The notes under the pieces: generated by a model
Told to the model about the DNA's origin: nothing
Databases searched by the model: none
What the model saw: only the letters and a program-made list of their open reading frames with translations
Part shown: one piece after another, positions 12,836 to 23,212 of the stretch
How positions within the stretch are numbered: the stretch's first letter is position 1
Layout: each line of letters begins with the position of its first letter
Translations under genes and position numbers: made by a program
NCBI GenBank assembly: GCA_040757295.1
Contig: JBFLXH010000002.1
Location: 49,579 to 113,578, forward strand
Reading direction: 5' to 3'
DNA length: 64,000 nt
DNA from: Bacillota bacterium
Lineage (GTDB): Bacteria > Bacillota > PH28-bin88

Positions 12836-13150
12836 GTGAATGAATTGGTAGCAAGTAGGTTTTTCTTCATTGTAACGGGATTCCTATTAATAGTTCTATT
12901 AATTTCATATTTATTGCATCGATCTTTCCCAAACAAAAGATATCCTAAGTACGCTCCTTCTCTGTCCCTGTTTGCGCTTGCTTTTAGTCACTATTTTCAG
13001 GCCGTAAGCTATTCCAGGGGCTCTGAAAATCTGGGGCAGTTGGTCCTAGCTCTCATTCTAGTAGGAGGTGCTTTATCCGGACTGCTGATGGGCTTATTTA
13101 TTGATTATCTGGCACCGTTGCTGAAAAACAGGCATCGGGTTAATCGGTAG
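12836..13150 (+). CDS. Small membrane protein, YesK-like (about 3 TM helices)
   Basis: 104 aa, three hydrophobic segments, basic loop FPNKRYPKY; GTG start adjacent to GGAG. Confidence 0.6.
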   Translation: MNELVASRFFFIVTGFLLIVLLISYLLHRSFPNKRYPKYAPSLSLFALAFSHYFQAVSYSRGSENLGQLVLALILVGGALSGLLMGLFIDYLAPLLKNRHRVNR

Positions 13151-13174
13151 ATCCTAATTTGCACTGTTTCCGTG

Positions 13175-13209
13175 TGCGACAAGGGACGGTTCTCCTGTTG
13201 TCGCATTTT
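13175..13209. repeat. Hairpin / REP-like palindrome, possibly a terminator
   Basis: TGCGACAA-GGGACGGTTCTCCTG-TTGTCGCA followed by TTTT. Confidence 0.45.
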
Positions 13210-13426
13210 CATTATTTATTGTTAGTTAATAGTTATCATTTTCGCTTTTTACTGGCCTACCGGTTCCAGCACCTGGTTGATTTCATGCACACTGAGTTCT
13301 TTCAGGTTGCACTAGACAGAAAAAAAAGATACCCAGCCACTTTATTAGCCGGGCTTACCCCAAGTCCTCTTTTCAGGAAGGGGTATAAGTAACATAAAAA
13401 TATATGAAGGAGGTTTGAAAAGCCCA

Positions 13427-14395
13427 TTAGATAAGATGACAGGCCACCCAGTGGTTGGCATCCCGTTCCACCAACAACGGTTCTTCTGCGGCACATCTAG
13501 CACTGGCGTGCCGGCAGCGGGTGCGGAAACGGCAGCCGCTGGGCGGGTCGATGGGGCTGGGGACATCTCCTTCCAGGATAACCTGCTCTCGCTGGATGTC
13601 CACACTGGGGATGGGAATTGCGGAAAGCAGCGCCCTGGTATAGGGGTGGAGGGGAGTGGCAAAAAGGTCCCGTTTGGCCGCCAGTTCCACAATTTTACCC
13701 AGGTACATCACTGCCACCCGGTCACTGATATATTTGACCACACTCAAATCATGGGAAATGAAAATATAAGTCAACCCGAATTCCAGCTGCAGTTCTTTTA
13801 AGAGATTGATTACCTGGGACTGGATGGAGACATCCAGGGCGGATACCGGCTCGTCACAGATGATCAATTTCGGGTGCAGGGCCAGGGCCCGGGCAATGCC
13901 GATGCGCTGCCGTTGACCTCCGCTGAACTCGTGGGGATACTTTTTGGTATGCTCAGGGGTGAGGCCCACCACCGTTAAAAGTTTCCGTACCCGTTCCTCC
14001 CTCTCCCGGCGGTTTCCGATGCTGTTGACCAGCAGGGGTTCCGCCACTATGGACCCGACGGTCATCCGGCCGTTCAGGGAGGCATAGGGATCCTGGAAGA
14101 TAATCTGCATGTTGCGGCGCATCTGCCGCAATTGATCTTTAGGCAATGTAAAAAGGTTTTTTCCCTCGAAAAGTACTTCTCCACCTGAAGGTTCCAACAA
14201 ACGCGGGATCACCCGGCCCAGGGTGCTCTTGCCACACCCGCTTTCCCCCACAATCCCAAAGGTTTCCCCCTGGTTGACCGTGAAACTGACGCCGTCCACC
14301 GCCTTGACGTGGTGCTGTTCCCGCTCAAACAGGTCTTTCTCCAGCGGGAACCACTTGCGCACATCCTTGACTTCCAGTAAGGGTTGTTGCATCAT
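13427..14395 (-). CDS. Oligopeptide/dipeptide ABC transporter ATPase (OppF/DppF-like)
   Basis: [26 protein letters not shown]-terminal [13 protein letters not shown]. Confidence 0.93.
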   Translation of the reverse strand: MMQQPLLEVKDVRKWFPLEKDLFEREQHHVKAVDGVSFTVNQGETFGIVGESGCGKSTLGRVIPRLLEPSGGEVLFEGKNLFTLPKDQLRQMRRNMQIIFQDPYASLNGRMTVGSIVAEPLLVNSIGNRREREERVRKLLTVVGLTPEHTKKYPHEFSGGQRQRIGIARALALHPKLIICDEPVSALDVSIQSQVINLLKELQLEFGLTYIFISHDLSVVKYISDRVAVMYLGKIVELAAKRDLFATPLHPYTRALLSAIPIPSVDIQREQVILEGDVPSPIDPPSGCRFRTRCRHASARCAAEEPLLVERDANHWVACHLI

Positions 14396-14396
14396 T

Positions 14397-15383
14397 TTAC
14401 GCCACCTGCCTGCCGGGTTGATCTTTCAGCCAGCACCGCACCCAGTGCCCTTCCGCCACCTGCCGGAGGGGTGGAGCCTCCTGGCAGCAGATGTCCTCAC
14501 GGTAGCGGCAGCGTGGGTTGAAGCGGCACCCCTTCGGCATGATGAGGGGGTTGGGTACGGTACCCGGGATGACATGCAATTTCTCATGATCTTGGGCCAG
14601 GAATGGTATGGAGCGCATCAGCCCCTCGGTATAAGGATGGGTCGGGGTGCGGAAAATATTGCGCACATCACTTTCCTCCACCACCTGCCCGGCGTACATG
14701 ACGATCACCCGTTCCGCCATCTCCGCCACCACCCCCAGATCATGGGTAATGAGCATGATGGAAGTATTCAGGTCCTTTTTTAATTTTTTCATTAATTGCA
14801 ATATCTGGGCCTGGATGGTCACATCCAGGGCTGTAGTAGGCTCATCGGCAATCAAAAGTTTGGGGTGGCAGGAAAGGGCCATGGCGATCATTACTCTCTG
14901 GCGCATCCCGCCGGACAACTGGTGGGGGTATTCCCGCACCCGGCGCTCCGGCAGGGGGATGCCCACCATTTTCAGGGCCTCTACCGCCCTGGCCAGGGCC
15001 TCCTTGCCGTCCAAGCCCTGATGCAGGCGAAACACCTCGGCAATCTGGTCACCGATGGTGTACACCGGGTTCAAGGAGGTCATGGGTTCCTGAAAGATCA
15101 TTGATATTTCATTGCCCCGGATTTTCCTCATTTGGGCGGTGGTTTTGGCCATCAAGTCCTCGCCTGCAAAAAGGATGCGGCCATCTACGATCCGTCCGGC
15201 ATAGGGTAAAAGCCGCAGGATGGATAGGGCGGTAATGCTTTTGCCACAACCACTCTCCCCCACCACACCCAGGGTTTCCCCTCTGTTGATGGTGAAACTC
15301 ACACCGTCCACCGCCGGTACCGTTCCCTCTTCGGTAAAAATATGTGTATGCAAATTCTGGATGTCAACCAAAGCTTGTTCCAT
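14397..15383 (-). CDS. Oligopeptide/dipeptide ABC transporter ATPase (OppD/DppD-like)
   Basis: [37 protein letters not shown]. Confidence 0.93.
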   Translation of the reverse strand: MEQALVDIQNLHTHIFTEEGTVPAVDGVSFTINRGETLGVVGESGCGKSITALSILRLLPYAGRIVDGRILFAGEDLMAKTTAQMRKIRGNEISMIFQEPMTSLNPVYTIGDQIAEVFRLHQGLDGKEALARAVEALKMVGIPLPERRVREYPHQLSGGMRQRVMIAMALSCHPKLLIADEPTTALDVTIQAQILQLMKKLKKDLNTSIMLITHDLGVVAEMAERVIVMYAGQVVEESDVRNIFRTPTHPYTEGLMRSIPFLAQDHEKLHVIPGTVPNPLIMPKGCRFNPRCRYREDICCQEAPPLRQVAEGHWVRCWLKDQPGRQVA

Positions 15384-15407
15384 GGCTAATCCCTCCTCCC
15401 GGCGGCG

Positions 15408-16307
15408 CTAGTTTTTCTTCTTCCGAATTTTCGGATCAAGGATATCCCGCAGGCCGTCCCCCAACATATTCAGCGCCAGAACACAAAGGGTGATGGCCAT
15501 CCCCGGAAAGATGCTGATCCACGGCGCCCGCCACATGAGTACCCGGCCTTCATTGAGGGTGGTCCCCCAACTGGGGATTTCCGGCGGCACCCCTACCCCC
15601 AGGAAGCTCAGAGAGGCTTCCGCCAGGATGGAATAGGCAAAGATCATGGTAGATTGCACAATCACCGGTGCAATACAGTTGGGCAGGATATGCACCATGG
15701 CAATGCGCAGGTCGGAGGCACCGATGGATCTGGCTGCTTCCACATATTGCTGCTCCCGCTGTACCAGCACCGCACTGCGCACCACCCGAGCCATGCGGGG
15801 AGCATAGACGATGGCCAGGGCCAGGATAACGTTGGACAGCCTGGCACCCAGGGCAGCCATGATGGCTATTTGTAAAATGATGGCGGGAAAAGCCATCAGG
15901 CCGTCCAGCACCCGCATCATAATATTGTCCAGTCTACGGTAATATCCCGCCACCAAGCCCAGGATGACCCCGGCAATGGTGGTAATGGCCACGGTGCTGC
16001 TGCCGACGAATAGGGAAATCCGCGCCCCGTAAAGGATCCGGGACAGGATATCCCGGCCGAAACCATCGGTGCCAAAGAGGTGTTCTCCGCCGGGCGGTGT
16101 GAGACGCCTTTCCGGCTGGATGTCACCGGGGTCAAAGGGGCTGATTAGAGGGGCAGCCAGTGCCAGCAGCAACAACAGTGTAAACATGATGGCCCCGGCC
16201 AGTGCCCCCTTGTTTTTACCCAACAGTTTGATCCAGTACCAGGAATGGGCGGGGGAAAGGGGTCCGGTGCGGGGGGATAGTTGTTTTTTCGTTACCACTT
16301 CTGCCAT
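15408..16307 (-). CDS. Peptide ABC transporter permease (OppC/DppC-like)
   Basis: [16 protein letters not shown] loop [17 protein letters not shown]. Confidence 0.92.
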   Translation of the reverse strand: MAEVVTKKQLSPRTGPLSPAHSWYWIKLLGKNKGALAGAIMFTLLLLLALAAPLISPFDPGDIQPERRLTPPGGEHLFGTDGFGRDILSRILYGARISLFVGSSTVAITTIAGVILGLVAGYYRRLDNIMMRVLDGLMAFPAIILQIAIMAALGARLSNVILALAIVYAPRMARVVRSAVLVQREQQYVEAARSIGASDLRIAMVHILPNCIAPVIVQSTMIFAYSILAEASLSFLGVGVPPEIPSWGTTLNEGRVLMWRAPWISIFPGMAITLCVLALNMLGDGLRDILDPKIRKKKN

Positions 16308-16320
16308 TTTCTCACCCCGC

Positions 16321-17259
16321 CTACAGTTTGATCCGGGGGTCCAAGTACTTGTAGATAATGTCCACCAGCAGGTTGATAATCACATAGGCTGCTGCAATGT
16401 ACAGTACAATGCCCTCAATGACCGGGTAGTCCCGCCTGGCCACGGAAGTGATTAAAAGCCGGCCGATACCCGGAATGTTAAAAATCTGTTCCGTAACCAC
16501 CGCCCCACCCATCACATTGGCAAAGGTCAGACCGATCACAGTGATGGTGGGGATCAGGGCATTTTTCAGGGCGTGTTTGAAAATAACCACCCTCTCCACC
16601 AAACCCTTGGACCTGGCCGTGCGGATATAATCGTTTTGCAGCACCTCCAGCATGTTGGCCCGGGTCATGCGGGCGATGGCGGCAGCCTGGCCGAGGGCCA
16701 GGGCCAAGGAAGGCAATACCAAATAACGCAGGTGGGGCAACACGCCCTCCTTCAAGGGAACATACCCTGTCGGCGGCAGCAACTGCAGGGTCAGGGCGAA
16801 GATCAGCATCAGCATCAGCCCCAACCAGAAATTGGGTACCGCCACGCCAAAGGAGGTCAGGAGCATCACCAACTGGTCCAGGAAACGGTTATGCTGGACG
16901 GCGGCGATGACCCCGGCCAGAATACCGATGGTGATGGAGAGGAACATGGACAGTACCGTTAACATCAAGGTGGCCTGCAGGTGCTGGTAGATAGCCTTGT
17001 TGACACTGATGTGCAAAAAGATGGACTGTCCCAGGTCACCTCGCAGCACCCTGGCGAACCACTCCACCGTCTGCTGGGCCAGAGGTTTATTCAATCCCAT
17101 TTCCTCTCTCAGCCTGGCAATGGCCTCCGGGGTGGCGTCATCACCCAAGATGTTTGCCGCCGGGTCACCAGGCGCCACATGCATGATGATAAAGACCACC
17201 GCAGCCACGATGAGCATTACCGGGATGACGGCAACGAACCGTTTAATGATTGCAGTCAA
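16321..17259 (-). CDS. Peptide ABC transporter permease (OppB/DppB-like)
   Basis: PGDPA, GDLGQS, ARSKGL, HALKNA, RDYPVI, LDPRI; TTG start after AGGGGG. Confidence 0.92.
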   Translation of the reverse strand: MTAIIKRFVAVIPVMLIVAAVVFIIMHVAPGDPAANILGDDATPEAIARLREEMGLNKPLAQQTVEWFARVLRGDLGQSIFLHISVNKAIYQHLQATLMLTVLSMFLSITIGILAGVIAAVQHNRFLDQLVMLLTSFGVAVPNFWLGLMLMLIFALTLQLLPPTGYVPLKEGVLPHLRYLVLPSLALALGQAAAIARMTRANMLEVLQNDYIRTARSKGLVERVVIFKHALKNALIPTITVIGLTFANVMGGAVVTEQIFNIPGIGRLLITSVARRDYPVIEGIVLYIAAAYVIINLLVDIIYKYLDPRIKL

Positions 17260-17310
17260 TGGTGCCTTCCCCCTTATCAATCCGCTCGGCAAAACCCGCA
17301 GAGGATGCCA

Positions 17311-17340
17311 GGGGCCGGCGGCTGCAAGGCAGCCGGCCCC
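17311..17340. other. Strong intercistronic hairpin after the binding-protein gene (probable mRNA stabiliser)
   Basis: GGGGCCGGC...GCCGGCCCC perfect 9-bp stem. Confidence 0.55.
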
Positions 17341-17352
17341 TGACCGCCGTAA

Positions 17353-18909
17353 TTACTTCTCCAGCCTGACGTTCCAGAAAAAGATGTCCTGCTTGTTAGC
17401 GAAGCCGTTCAATTTATCTGTGTAAATGCGCAGGTTGGCATAGTCACCGATCTTCACTGCGGGGACCTCATCATAGAAGAGTTTCTGTACGTCCTGCCAG
17501 ATCCTATAACGCTTATTGAAATCGCTCTCCTTGGTCAGTTCAGCAGTTAGGGTCTTTAGTTGGTTGTTTTCCCACCAACCGGCATAGGTTGGACTGATAA
17601 TCACCATCTGGGTAGGATCCGGCCGGGCAGTCATGCCGGTGCTGAAGGCATCCCACAGTTCCGGTTTGCCCCGCCTGTCGGTGAGTGTGGCCCATTCCAT
17701 GGACTGAAGGTCGATATTGAAGCCTGCCTTTTCCAGTTGACTTTTTGCTGCCAAGGAGAAATTGTACTCCAGGGGACCGGTCATCCAGCGGATGGCCTCA
17801 CCTTTGTAGCCCGCCTCAGTCAACAGTTGCTTGGCCTTGTCTGCATTTTTCTGGTTGTACTTTTCGGCGCCTGCATCGGTCCACCAGGCCTGTTCCTTGA
17901 ACATGATGGACGGATCAAGCCGCCAGAAATCCTTGTGGCCGTAACCGGCGGTCATGATGGGACCCATGTCCAGGGCGGCCAGGAAGGCCTGCCGGATGAG
18001 TTTGTTGGACATAATGCCTTCTTTTTTATTGAATACCACGGCAAACCATCCGCGCGGATCGGAGGCCACCGCCTTTAAACCCTGGACGGACTTCAACCTG
18101 TCATACTCATCAACCGGTACAAAATCGGCAAAGTGATATTCCTTACCCACCACTCCGGCCACCCGGACAGCGGCATCAGCAATGGGTACGAACTGGATTT
18201 CATCCAGGTAAGCCACCTTCTGGCCGCCATAGCCCGTGGCAGGGAAATCCACCGGCTGGTAGCCCGCAAACCTCTGCAGTTTGATATACTGGTTGGGCAC
18301 CCAGTCCACGAACTTATAGGGTCCGGTACCGATAAATTCCTTGACCGGCTCTACCCCGGCATTAGCGGCAATCTCCTTGGGATAAATCACCGCGCCACCG
18401 TTAGGCATGGCCAGGAATACCAAAAGAAGATTGGTTGGTGAGGACAGGGTGACTTTCACCCCATATTTGCCATCTGCCTGCACCGAAGCTATGTTCTTGA
18501 AAATGGTTTTGCCATTGCCGGAAACCTGACCCCACCTGTTCAGGGAAGCCACCACATCCTCGGAGGTCAGCTCATTACCGTTATGAAACTTGACACCTTC
18601 CCTTAATTTGAAGTTGTAGATCATCCCGTCGCTACTGGTGCTATAATCCTTGACCAGCATGGGGATCGGTTCCCATTTATCATTCAGCGTAAACAGGCCC
18701 TCGAAGATATGCCAGCCCACCTGATAGACCAAAGTGGTTGTGGAAACATGGGAGTCCAGGGTGGGGGGCGAAGCGTCAATTACTACCTTCAGGGTTCCCC
18801 CACCCTTGTCGGCGCCGGTTCCGCTATCCTTGGGTGATCCGCAGGCAGTCACCGCAAACACGGCTACCAACGCCAGGGCGATTAGTTTTAGCAATACGGA
18901 TTTTCTCAA
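17353..18909 (-). CDS. ABC substrate-binding lipoprotein, family 5 (Opp/Dpp/Nik)
   Basis: Lipobox VTAC, LREGVKFHNG, IGTGPYKF; AAGGAGG RBS. Confidence 0.92.
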   Translation of the reverse strand: MRKSVLLKLIALALVAVFAVTACGSPKDSGTGADKGGGTLKVVIDASPPTLDSHVSTTTLVYQVGWHIFEGLFTLNDKWEPIPMLVKDYSTSSDGMIYNFKLREGVKFHNGNELTSEDVVASLNRWGQVSGNGKTIFKNIASVQADGKYGVKVTLSSPTNLLLVFLAMPNGGAVIYPKEIAANAGVEPVKEFIGTGPYKFVDWVPNQYIKLQRFAGYQPVDFPATGYGGQKVAYLDEIQFVPIADAAVRVAGVVGKEYHFADFVPVDEYDRLKSVQGLKAVASDPRGWFAVVFNKKEGIMSNKLIRQAFLAALDMGPIMTAGYGHKDFWRLDPSIMFKEQAWWTDAGAEKYNQKNADKAKQLLTEAGYKGEAIRWMTGPLEYNFSLAAKSQLEKAGFNIDLQSMEWATLTDRRGKPELWDAFSTGMTARPDPTQMVIISPTYAGWWENNQLKTLTAELTKESDFNKRYRIWQDVQKLFYDEVPAVKIGDYANLRIYTDKLNGFANKQDIFFWNVRLEK

Positions 18910-18927
18910 TGGACACGACCTCCTTTT

Positions 18928-20388
18928 TTAAAAAATGCGAGTTCGTGAATTCTCCCCTTGCCGTTCCGCTGGACCGTCATTCCCCTCCTTTCCTTTGAAA
19001 TATGTGCTTTGAGATAGGTCCACCACCCTGTGGGGCACTTGCTGCCGCTTTAAGTGGGCCACACCCCTCTCGGTGGTTAATACCCGTCCCGGACGGTTGA
19101 TGAGTACGCCTGAAACCATGCAGATTTGCCCGTCGATGATGGTCATTTCTGCCTTCCCGGTATCCGGGTCGATGACAGCGATATCCGCATCCGCTCCCGA
19201 ACCCAGTTGTCCCTTGTTCAGCAGGCCAAACATACGGGCAGGATAATATGAGCTTTTCAACACCAGTTCCGCCAGGGTCAAGGCGCCAAAGTGCACCAGG
19301 GCCATCCCGTATGTCAGGATGCAATTTCTGGGGATCATCCCTCCATCACTGCTTAAGGCGTCCACGATGAAGCGCCCGGCGGTATCTTTAGCCGTTGCAC
19401 AAACCAGGGCGGTGGTCCGCAAGTTGACAGGGAAAGACAATCCCACCCGGGTGCCCCGCTCCTCCCATTGCCGCACTGCCTCTTCTCCCCATAGCTGCCT
19501 GACCTCGCTGCCCACCGGTACATAGACGGAGGCGTAATGGTCCAGGATAGCCTGCCTGATACCCTCTTGGGTTACAGGGTAATTTCTCTTCCGCAGGCAG
19601 TTACGGGTAACGTGGCTCATGGGTACCCCATCCTGACACAGGCCGCTGGTACCATTAAAGGGCGCCATGTGGGATTCGGAAACGATGTTGGAGGAGCGGC
19701 TGAGAAGGTCCATGGCCCTTCTCAGCTCTTCCAAAGGATGGCATACCAGCCCCCGGCAATAGGCATTGATATGGGCGATATGCAGCGGCAGGCCCCCGGC
19801 CAGCAGCACTGCCTGCTCCAGCCCGTGGATATCGCTCCCGGCGGTGGTGCTGCCGGCGTGAAAGGCCACATAACCCCTTTCGCGGTAAGTTAATTGAATG
19901 ATCCTGGCGATGGTATCCGGGGAAAGGGGATAGTGGCCGCCCAGGATCTTCAAGCCTAGCGCACCGTGATCCATGGCCCTGTTGATGGCGGCGCTGATCT
20001 CCCCATCGGTGCCGTTGGTGGAGGTTAGGCCCTTTGACGGCCAGATGCCTTCCAAGACCGCCATGTTGATCCCGTTGCCGTGGGGTACAATTTCATCCTC
20101 CACCACATCGACAGGGCCCTCCAGGTCTACGGCTGTAGTCACCCCTGCCTTGACCAGCATCCGGTACCCTGCGCCGCCCACCTCCGGCCGGGCAGTATGC
20201 ACATGGGTGTCCACCACTCCGGGAATAACCATCTTGCCGGATACATCAACAATCTCACAACCCATCTCCGGCTCAACATTCAGGCCGGCCACCTTGCCGT
20301 CCTTGACCAGTAGGTCCCCTATGGTGTCCACCCCGTTAACCGGATCCACAATCCTCCCGCCCCTCAGGACAAAGCTAGTCGAATTCAT
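18928..20388 (-). CDS. Metal-dependent amidohydrolase (dihydroorotase/D-aminoacylase-like fold), substrate unknown
   Basis: PGVVDTHVH metal motif, GVTT, HIAH, SSDGG, KGQLGSGADADIAV. Confidence 0.85.
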   Translation of the reverse strand: MNSTSFVLRGGRIVDPVNGVDTIGDLLVKDGKVAGLNVEPEMGCEIVDVSGKMVIPGVVDTHVHTARPEVGGAGYRMLVKAGVTTAVDLEGPVDVVEDEIVPHGNGINMAVLEGIWPSKGLTSTNGTDGEISAAINRAMDHGALGLKILGGHYPLSPDTIARIIQLTYRERGYVAFHAGSTTAGSDIHGLEQAVLLAGGLPLHIAHINAYCRGLVCHPLEELRRAMDLLSRSSNIVSESHMAPFNGTSGLCQDGVPMSHVTRNCLRKRNYPVTQEGIRQAILDHYASVYVPVGSEVRQLWGEEAVRQWEERGTRVGLSFPVNLRTTALVCATAKDTAGRFIVDALSSDGGMIPRNCILTYGMALVHFGALTLAELVLKSSYYPARMFGLLNKGQLGSGADADIAVIDPDTGKAEMTIIDGQICMVSGVLINRPGRVLTTERGVAHLKRQQVPHRVVDLSQSTYFKGKEGNDGPAERQGENSRTRIF

Positions 20389-20443
20389 TTTGCCAATTCC
20401 TCCTGGTTCCATTGGTGTAATTGGTGTAAGTGGTATAGCTGTC

Positions 20444-21298
20444 TTACAGGTAAAAATCAAACTCCTTGTTCACCTCATCCAGGTTGGCCAGGGCATGGGC
20501 AGCCTTTTCCTTGTTCTCCAGGGCAATACTAAGTACCAGTGCATCACAGATGACCATGGTTGCCGCATAGGAGTTGGCGAAACCGGTTGGATTGGTGCTT
20601 TTGGCGATGATAGGCAAGTCAGCGTTTTGCCCGATGGGAGAGTGTTTGTTATCGGTGATGGCTATAACCAAGGCTCCCTTCTGCCGGGCAAACCGCATGC
20701 TTTTTAAGGTATCCCTGGAATAGCGCGGGTAGCTGATGACTACTAACACATCACCGGGGTGCAGGGTGCTTAGGGTTTCAAACATCCAGAAGCCGCCGGA
20801 GACGATTTTTTCCACCGGCAACCCCAGCCGCTTGAAATGAAAGGCAAGAAATTCCGCCAGGGAGGCACAACTCCCTACTCCCAGCAAATAAACCCGGTTG
20901 GCTTTGGACAGCTTCTCCACGGCTGTGGCGAACACCTGGTTGTCAAAGGCAGCCAGGGTTTTCTCCACATTCAGCAGAGTATCTCTAAAAACCTGGGCTA
21001 CCGCTCCGTTCTTTTCCCTCACCGTGTTAAAGGTCTTCTGCATCTTGAGGGAAGGAGGCTCCTCCTGTTTAACGATTTCGTAGATTTCCTCCTTCAACTG
21101 GCTGTAGCCGGAAAGGCCAATGGTTTGGCAGAACCTGATCACACTGGCATCGCTGACACCAATCCTTTCACCTATCTCCTGGGCGCTCAAGGATGGAATA
21201 TCCTTGTAATTTTGCAGGATATATTCGGCAATGGTCTTATGGCCAGCAGAAAGGCCATTCATCTTCTCTTCAATGATCTGGAAGACAGCGGCTGCCAT
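20444..21298 (-). CDS. RpiR/MurR family regulator (HTH plus SIS domain)
   Basis: VSDASVIRFCQTIGLSGY, ISYPRYS, VIAITD..SPI. Confidence 0.92.
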   Translation of the reverse strand: MAAAVFQIIEEKMNGLSAGHKTIAEYILQNYKDIPSLSAQEIGERIGVSDASVIRFCQTIGLSGYSQLKEEIYEIVKQEEPPSLKMQKTFNTVREKNGAVAQVFRDTLLNVEKTLAAFDNQVFATAVEKLSKANRVYLLGVGSCASLAEFLAFHFKRLGLPVEKIVSGGFWMFETLSTLHPGDVLVVISYPRYSRDTLKSMRFARQKGALVIAITDNKHSPIGQNADLPIIAKSTNPTGFANSYAATMVICDALVLSIALENKEKAAHALANLDEVNKEFDFYL

Positions 21299-21339
21299 GT
21301 TACCCCTCCTTGTAGTGGGAACTCCCATAATACGCTTTC

Positions 21340-21355
21340 TGTAGCGTATGCTACA
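21340..21355. promoter_or_regulatory. Candidate RpiR-family operator
   Basis: Palindrome TGTAGC-GTAT-GCTACA about 40 bp upstream of the RpiR start; resembles TGTA..TACA boxes of HexR/RpiR regulators. Confidence 0.5.
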
Positions 21356-21591
21356 TCTTTCTACCTGCTAACCCTGCTTTCCTGCCTGATAATTGGTAAG
21401 GAGGAAATTTTTTTTGGATCAATGCTCTGTATATTTGATGTGGCAAAGCGGCGGGATTAGGGTTAAAATTAGGACAAAGTGCATGCAGGAGGGAAAACAT
21501 TAGCCAGGGCTGTGGTTGAAACGGATAAGGGAAATATAGCCTGGGTAGAAGCTTAAATAAAAATGGGCGTTGTATTTGGAAGGAGAAGGGT

Positions 21592-22307
21592 ATGAAAAAG
21601 ACCGCAGTATCAATATTACTGGTGTTCCTCATGTTAGGCGCAACTCTTTTAGCAGCTTGGAAAATAAGCAATTCCAGGTCTTTTCAATTTTTTGGAGGTA
21701 TTGTTCAAAAGGTCGAAACAAAAGAAAAAGTAGTTGCATTAACCTTTGATGATGGGCCGACAAAGAAAACCGAAGAAATCCTGGAAATCCTTGAAGGGTT
21801 AAATGTTAAGGCTACTTTTTTTGTGACAGGCCGAGAACTAAACCAAAACCTGGAAGAAGGAAAAAAATAGTCCTAGCCGGACATGAGCTTGGAAACCATA
21901 CCTATTCGCATAAACGAATGGTGTTAAAATCACCTTCATTTATCAAAAAAGAAATTGATCAAACGAACCAGTTAATAAGAGAAACAGGATATCAAGGCGA
22001 AATTCACTTCAGGCCCCCCAACGGGAAAAAGCTTCTGTTACTGCCCTATTTTCTAAAACTCAATAACCAGAAAACAATAATGTGGAATATTGAACCGGAT
22101 TCATATCCAGAAATTGCGTTCAGTTCGAAAAGAATTGTTAACCATGTCATTGAAAATGTAAAGCCAGGTGCGATAATTCTCCTTCATCTAATGTATGAAA
22201 ATAGGCGGGAATCTTTGAATTCGATCGAAGGAATAGTAACTGCTTTAAGGAATGAAGGGTATACCTTCAAAACAGTTTCAGAACTGCTACTCTATCATAG
22301 TAAATAG
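21592..22307 (+). pseudogene. Polysaccharide deacetylase (CE4/NodB) split by a 1-nt frameshift in an A7 run
   Basis: TFDDGP in ORF 21592-21870; the -1 frame after A7 (21861-21867) reads IVLAGHELGNHTYSH and continues into FRPPNG, WNIEPD, IILLH. Confidence 0.88.
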
Positions 22308-22390
22308 GGTTTGGAACACAAATAAACCAAAGCCAGGTGGTAATGATTGAAACCGGCTTGCCGGCATCAGGTTCTCAGGCATATGAATTT

Positions 22391-22768
22391 CTATCCGTGA
22401 ATAAGAACGGGCAGGCACCGGGTACAAACCCATTGCTGCTTGCCTTGTTTTCGGATTTGCAAAAGGGCCCTGTCCTGATCATCACTTCCGCAGCGATGGC
22501 AGAAGGCGTCTGCGGGGTTGTGGGCAATTTCCCGTTGTCGCTGTTCCACAGCTTCCGGGCTAAACTCTGCTGCTTCCCGTTCCTCTAAGGTCAGAGCGCC
22601 GGTCGGGCAGGCCGAAAGACAAACCCCCATTCCATCACAGAGTTCATCACTAATTACCCTGGCCTTTCCATTTACAATTTCGATAGCCGATTCGGCGCAA
22701 GGGCTGACACATAGACCGCACCCATCGCAGAGGTCCTCGTTAATGTTTATAATTTTTCTTTTTGCCAC
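22391..22768 (-). CDS. 2x[4Fe-4S] ferredoxin domain fused to a C-terminal Cys/His (zinc-ribbon-like) domain
   Basis: CDGCGLCVSPC, CDGMGVCLSACP, then CHRC...CTRC. Confidence 0.8.
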   Translation of the reverse strand: MAKRKIININEDLCDGCGLCVSPCAESAIEIVNGKARVISDELCDGMGVCLSACPTGALTLEEREAAEFSPEAVEQRQREIAHNPADAFCHRCGSDDQDRALLQIRKQGKQQWVCTRCLPVLIHG

Positions 22769-22791
22769 TTTCTATTTCCCCCATTCAAGTC

Positions 22792-22993
22792 TTTATCACA
22801 GATGGCTACCCGCTCTAATACCCCCGCATTCGCCTAGCGGCGAAGCGGCGGCAAAAGAGCGGCTACGCCACTGCATTAACTGGCCCCCTATGGGATTAAC
22901 CAGTTCTAAGCTCCGGTAAACCGGAGCCAAGAACTGGTCGAATCTAAGCTTCAGCAGGGGAAAAACCCCCACTGAAGCCAAGACCCAGTTGAA
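22792..22993 (-). repeat. Structured dispersed repeat, copy 1 (long form)
   Basis: Shares long blocks with the reverse complement of 31322-31457; several hairpins. Confidence 0.88.
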
Positions 22994-22997
22994 GGTA

Positions 22998-23026
22998 ATT
23001 TTAACCTATTGTTATGCTAGTGTCAA
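22998..23026 (-). promoter_or_regulatory. SigA-type promoter reading into the repeat and the Fe-S gene
   Basis: Minus strand TTGACA-17 nt-TAAAAT. Confidence 0.7.
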
Positions 23027-23212
23027 ACTTCTGCTGCTAATGTTTTCTCTGCCAAACATGACAACAGGATATTCTGGCAATAGTATGGTATGAGGCCGGG
23101 GTGATAATGCGGACAGAAAGGATTTGCATTAGTTATCCAGATCTATCGCGGTGGGTAAAGGAGTTAAGTCTCGTTTGTAGAATGTATAATAATAATTAGG
23201 GAGGTGGCGGTT

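Noticed and set aside
20411-20437. Short tandem TGGTGTAA repeats before the amidohydrolase
   Set aside because: Only 2-3 degenerate units with no spacers; not CRISPR and too short to support a function
22796-22981. Small ORFs over the repeats (22796-22981, 31402-31593, 22518-22919) sharing the peptide YHRWL.ALIPP
   Set aside because: The similarity is explained by the DNA repeat itself, not by coding
23107-23199. 30-codon ORF (MRTERICISYPD...) upstream of yerC
   Set aside because: No His codons, so not a his leader peptide; overlaps the predicted yerC promoter
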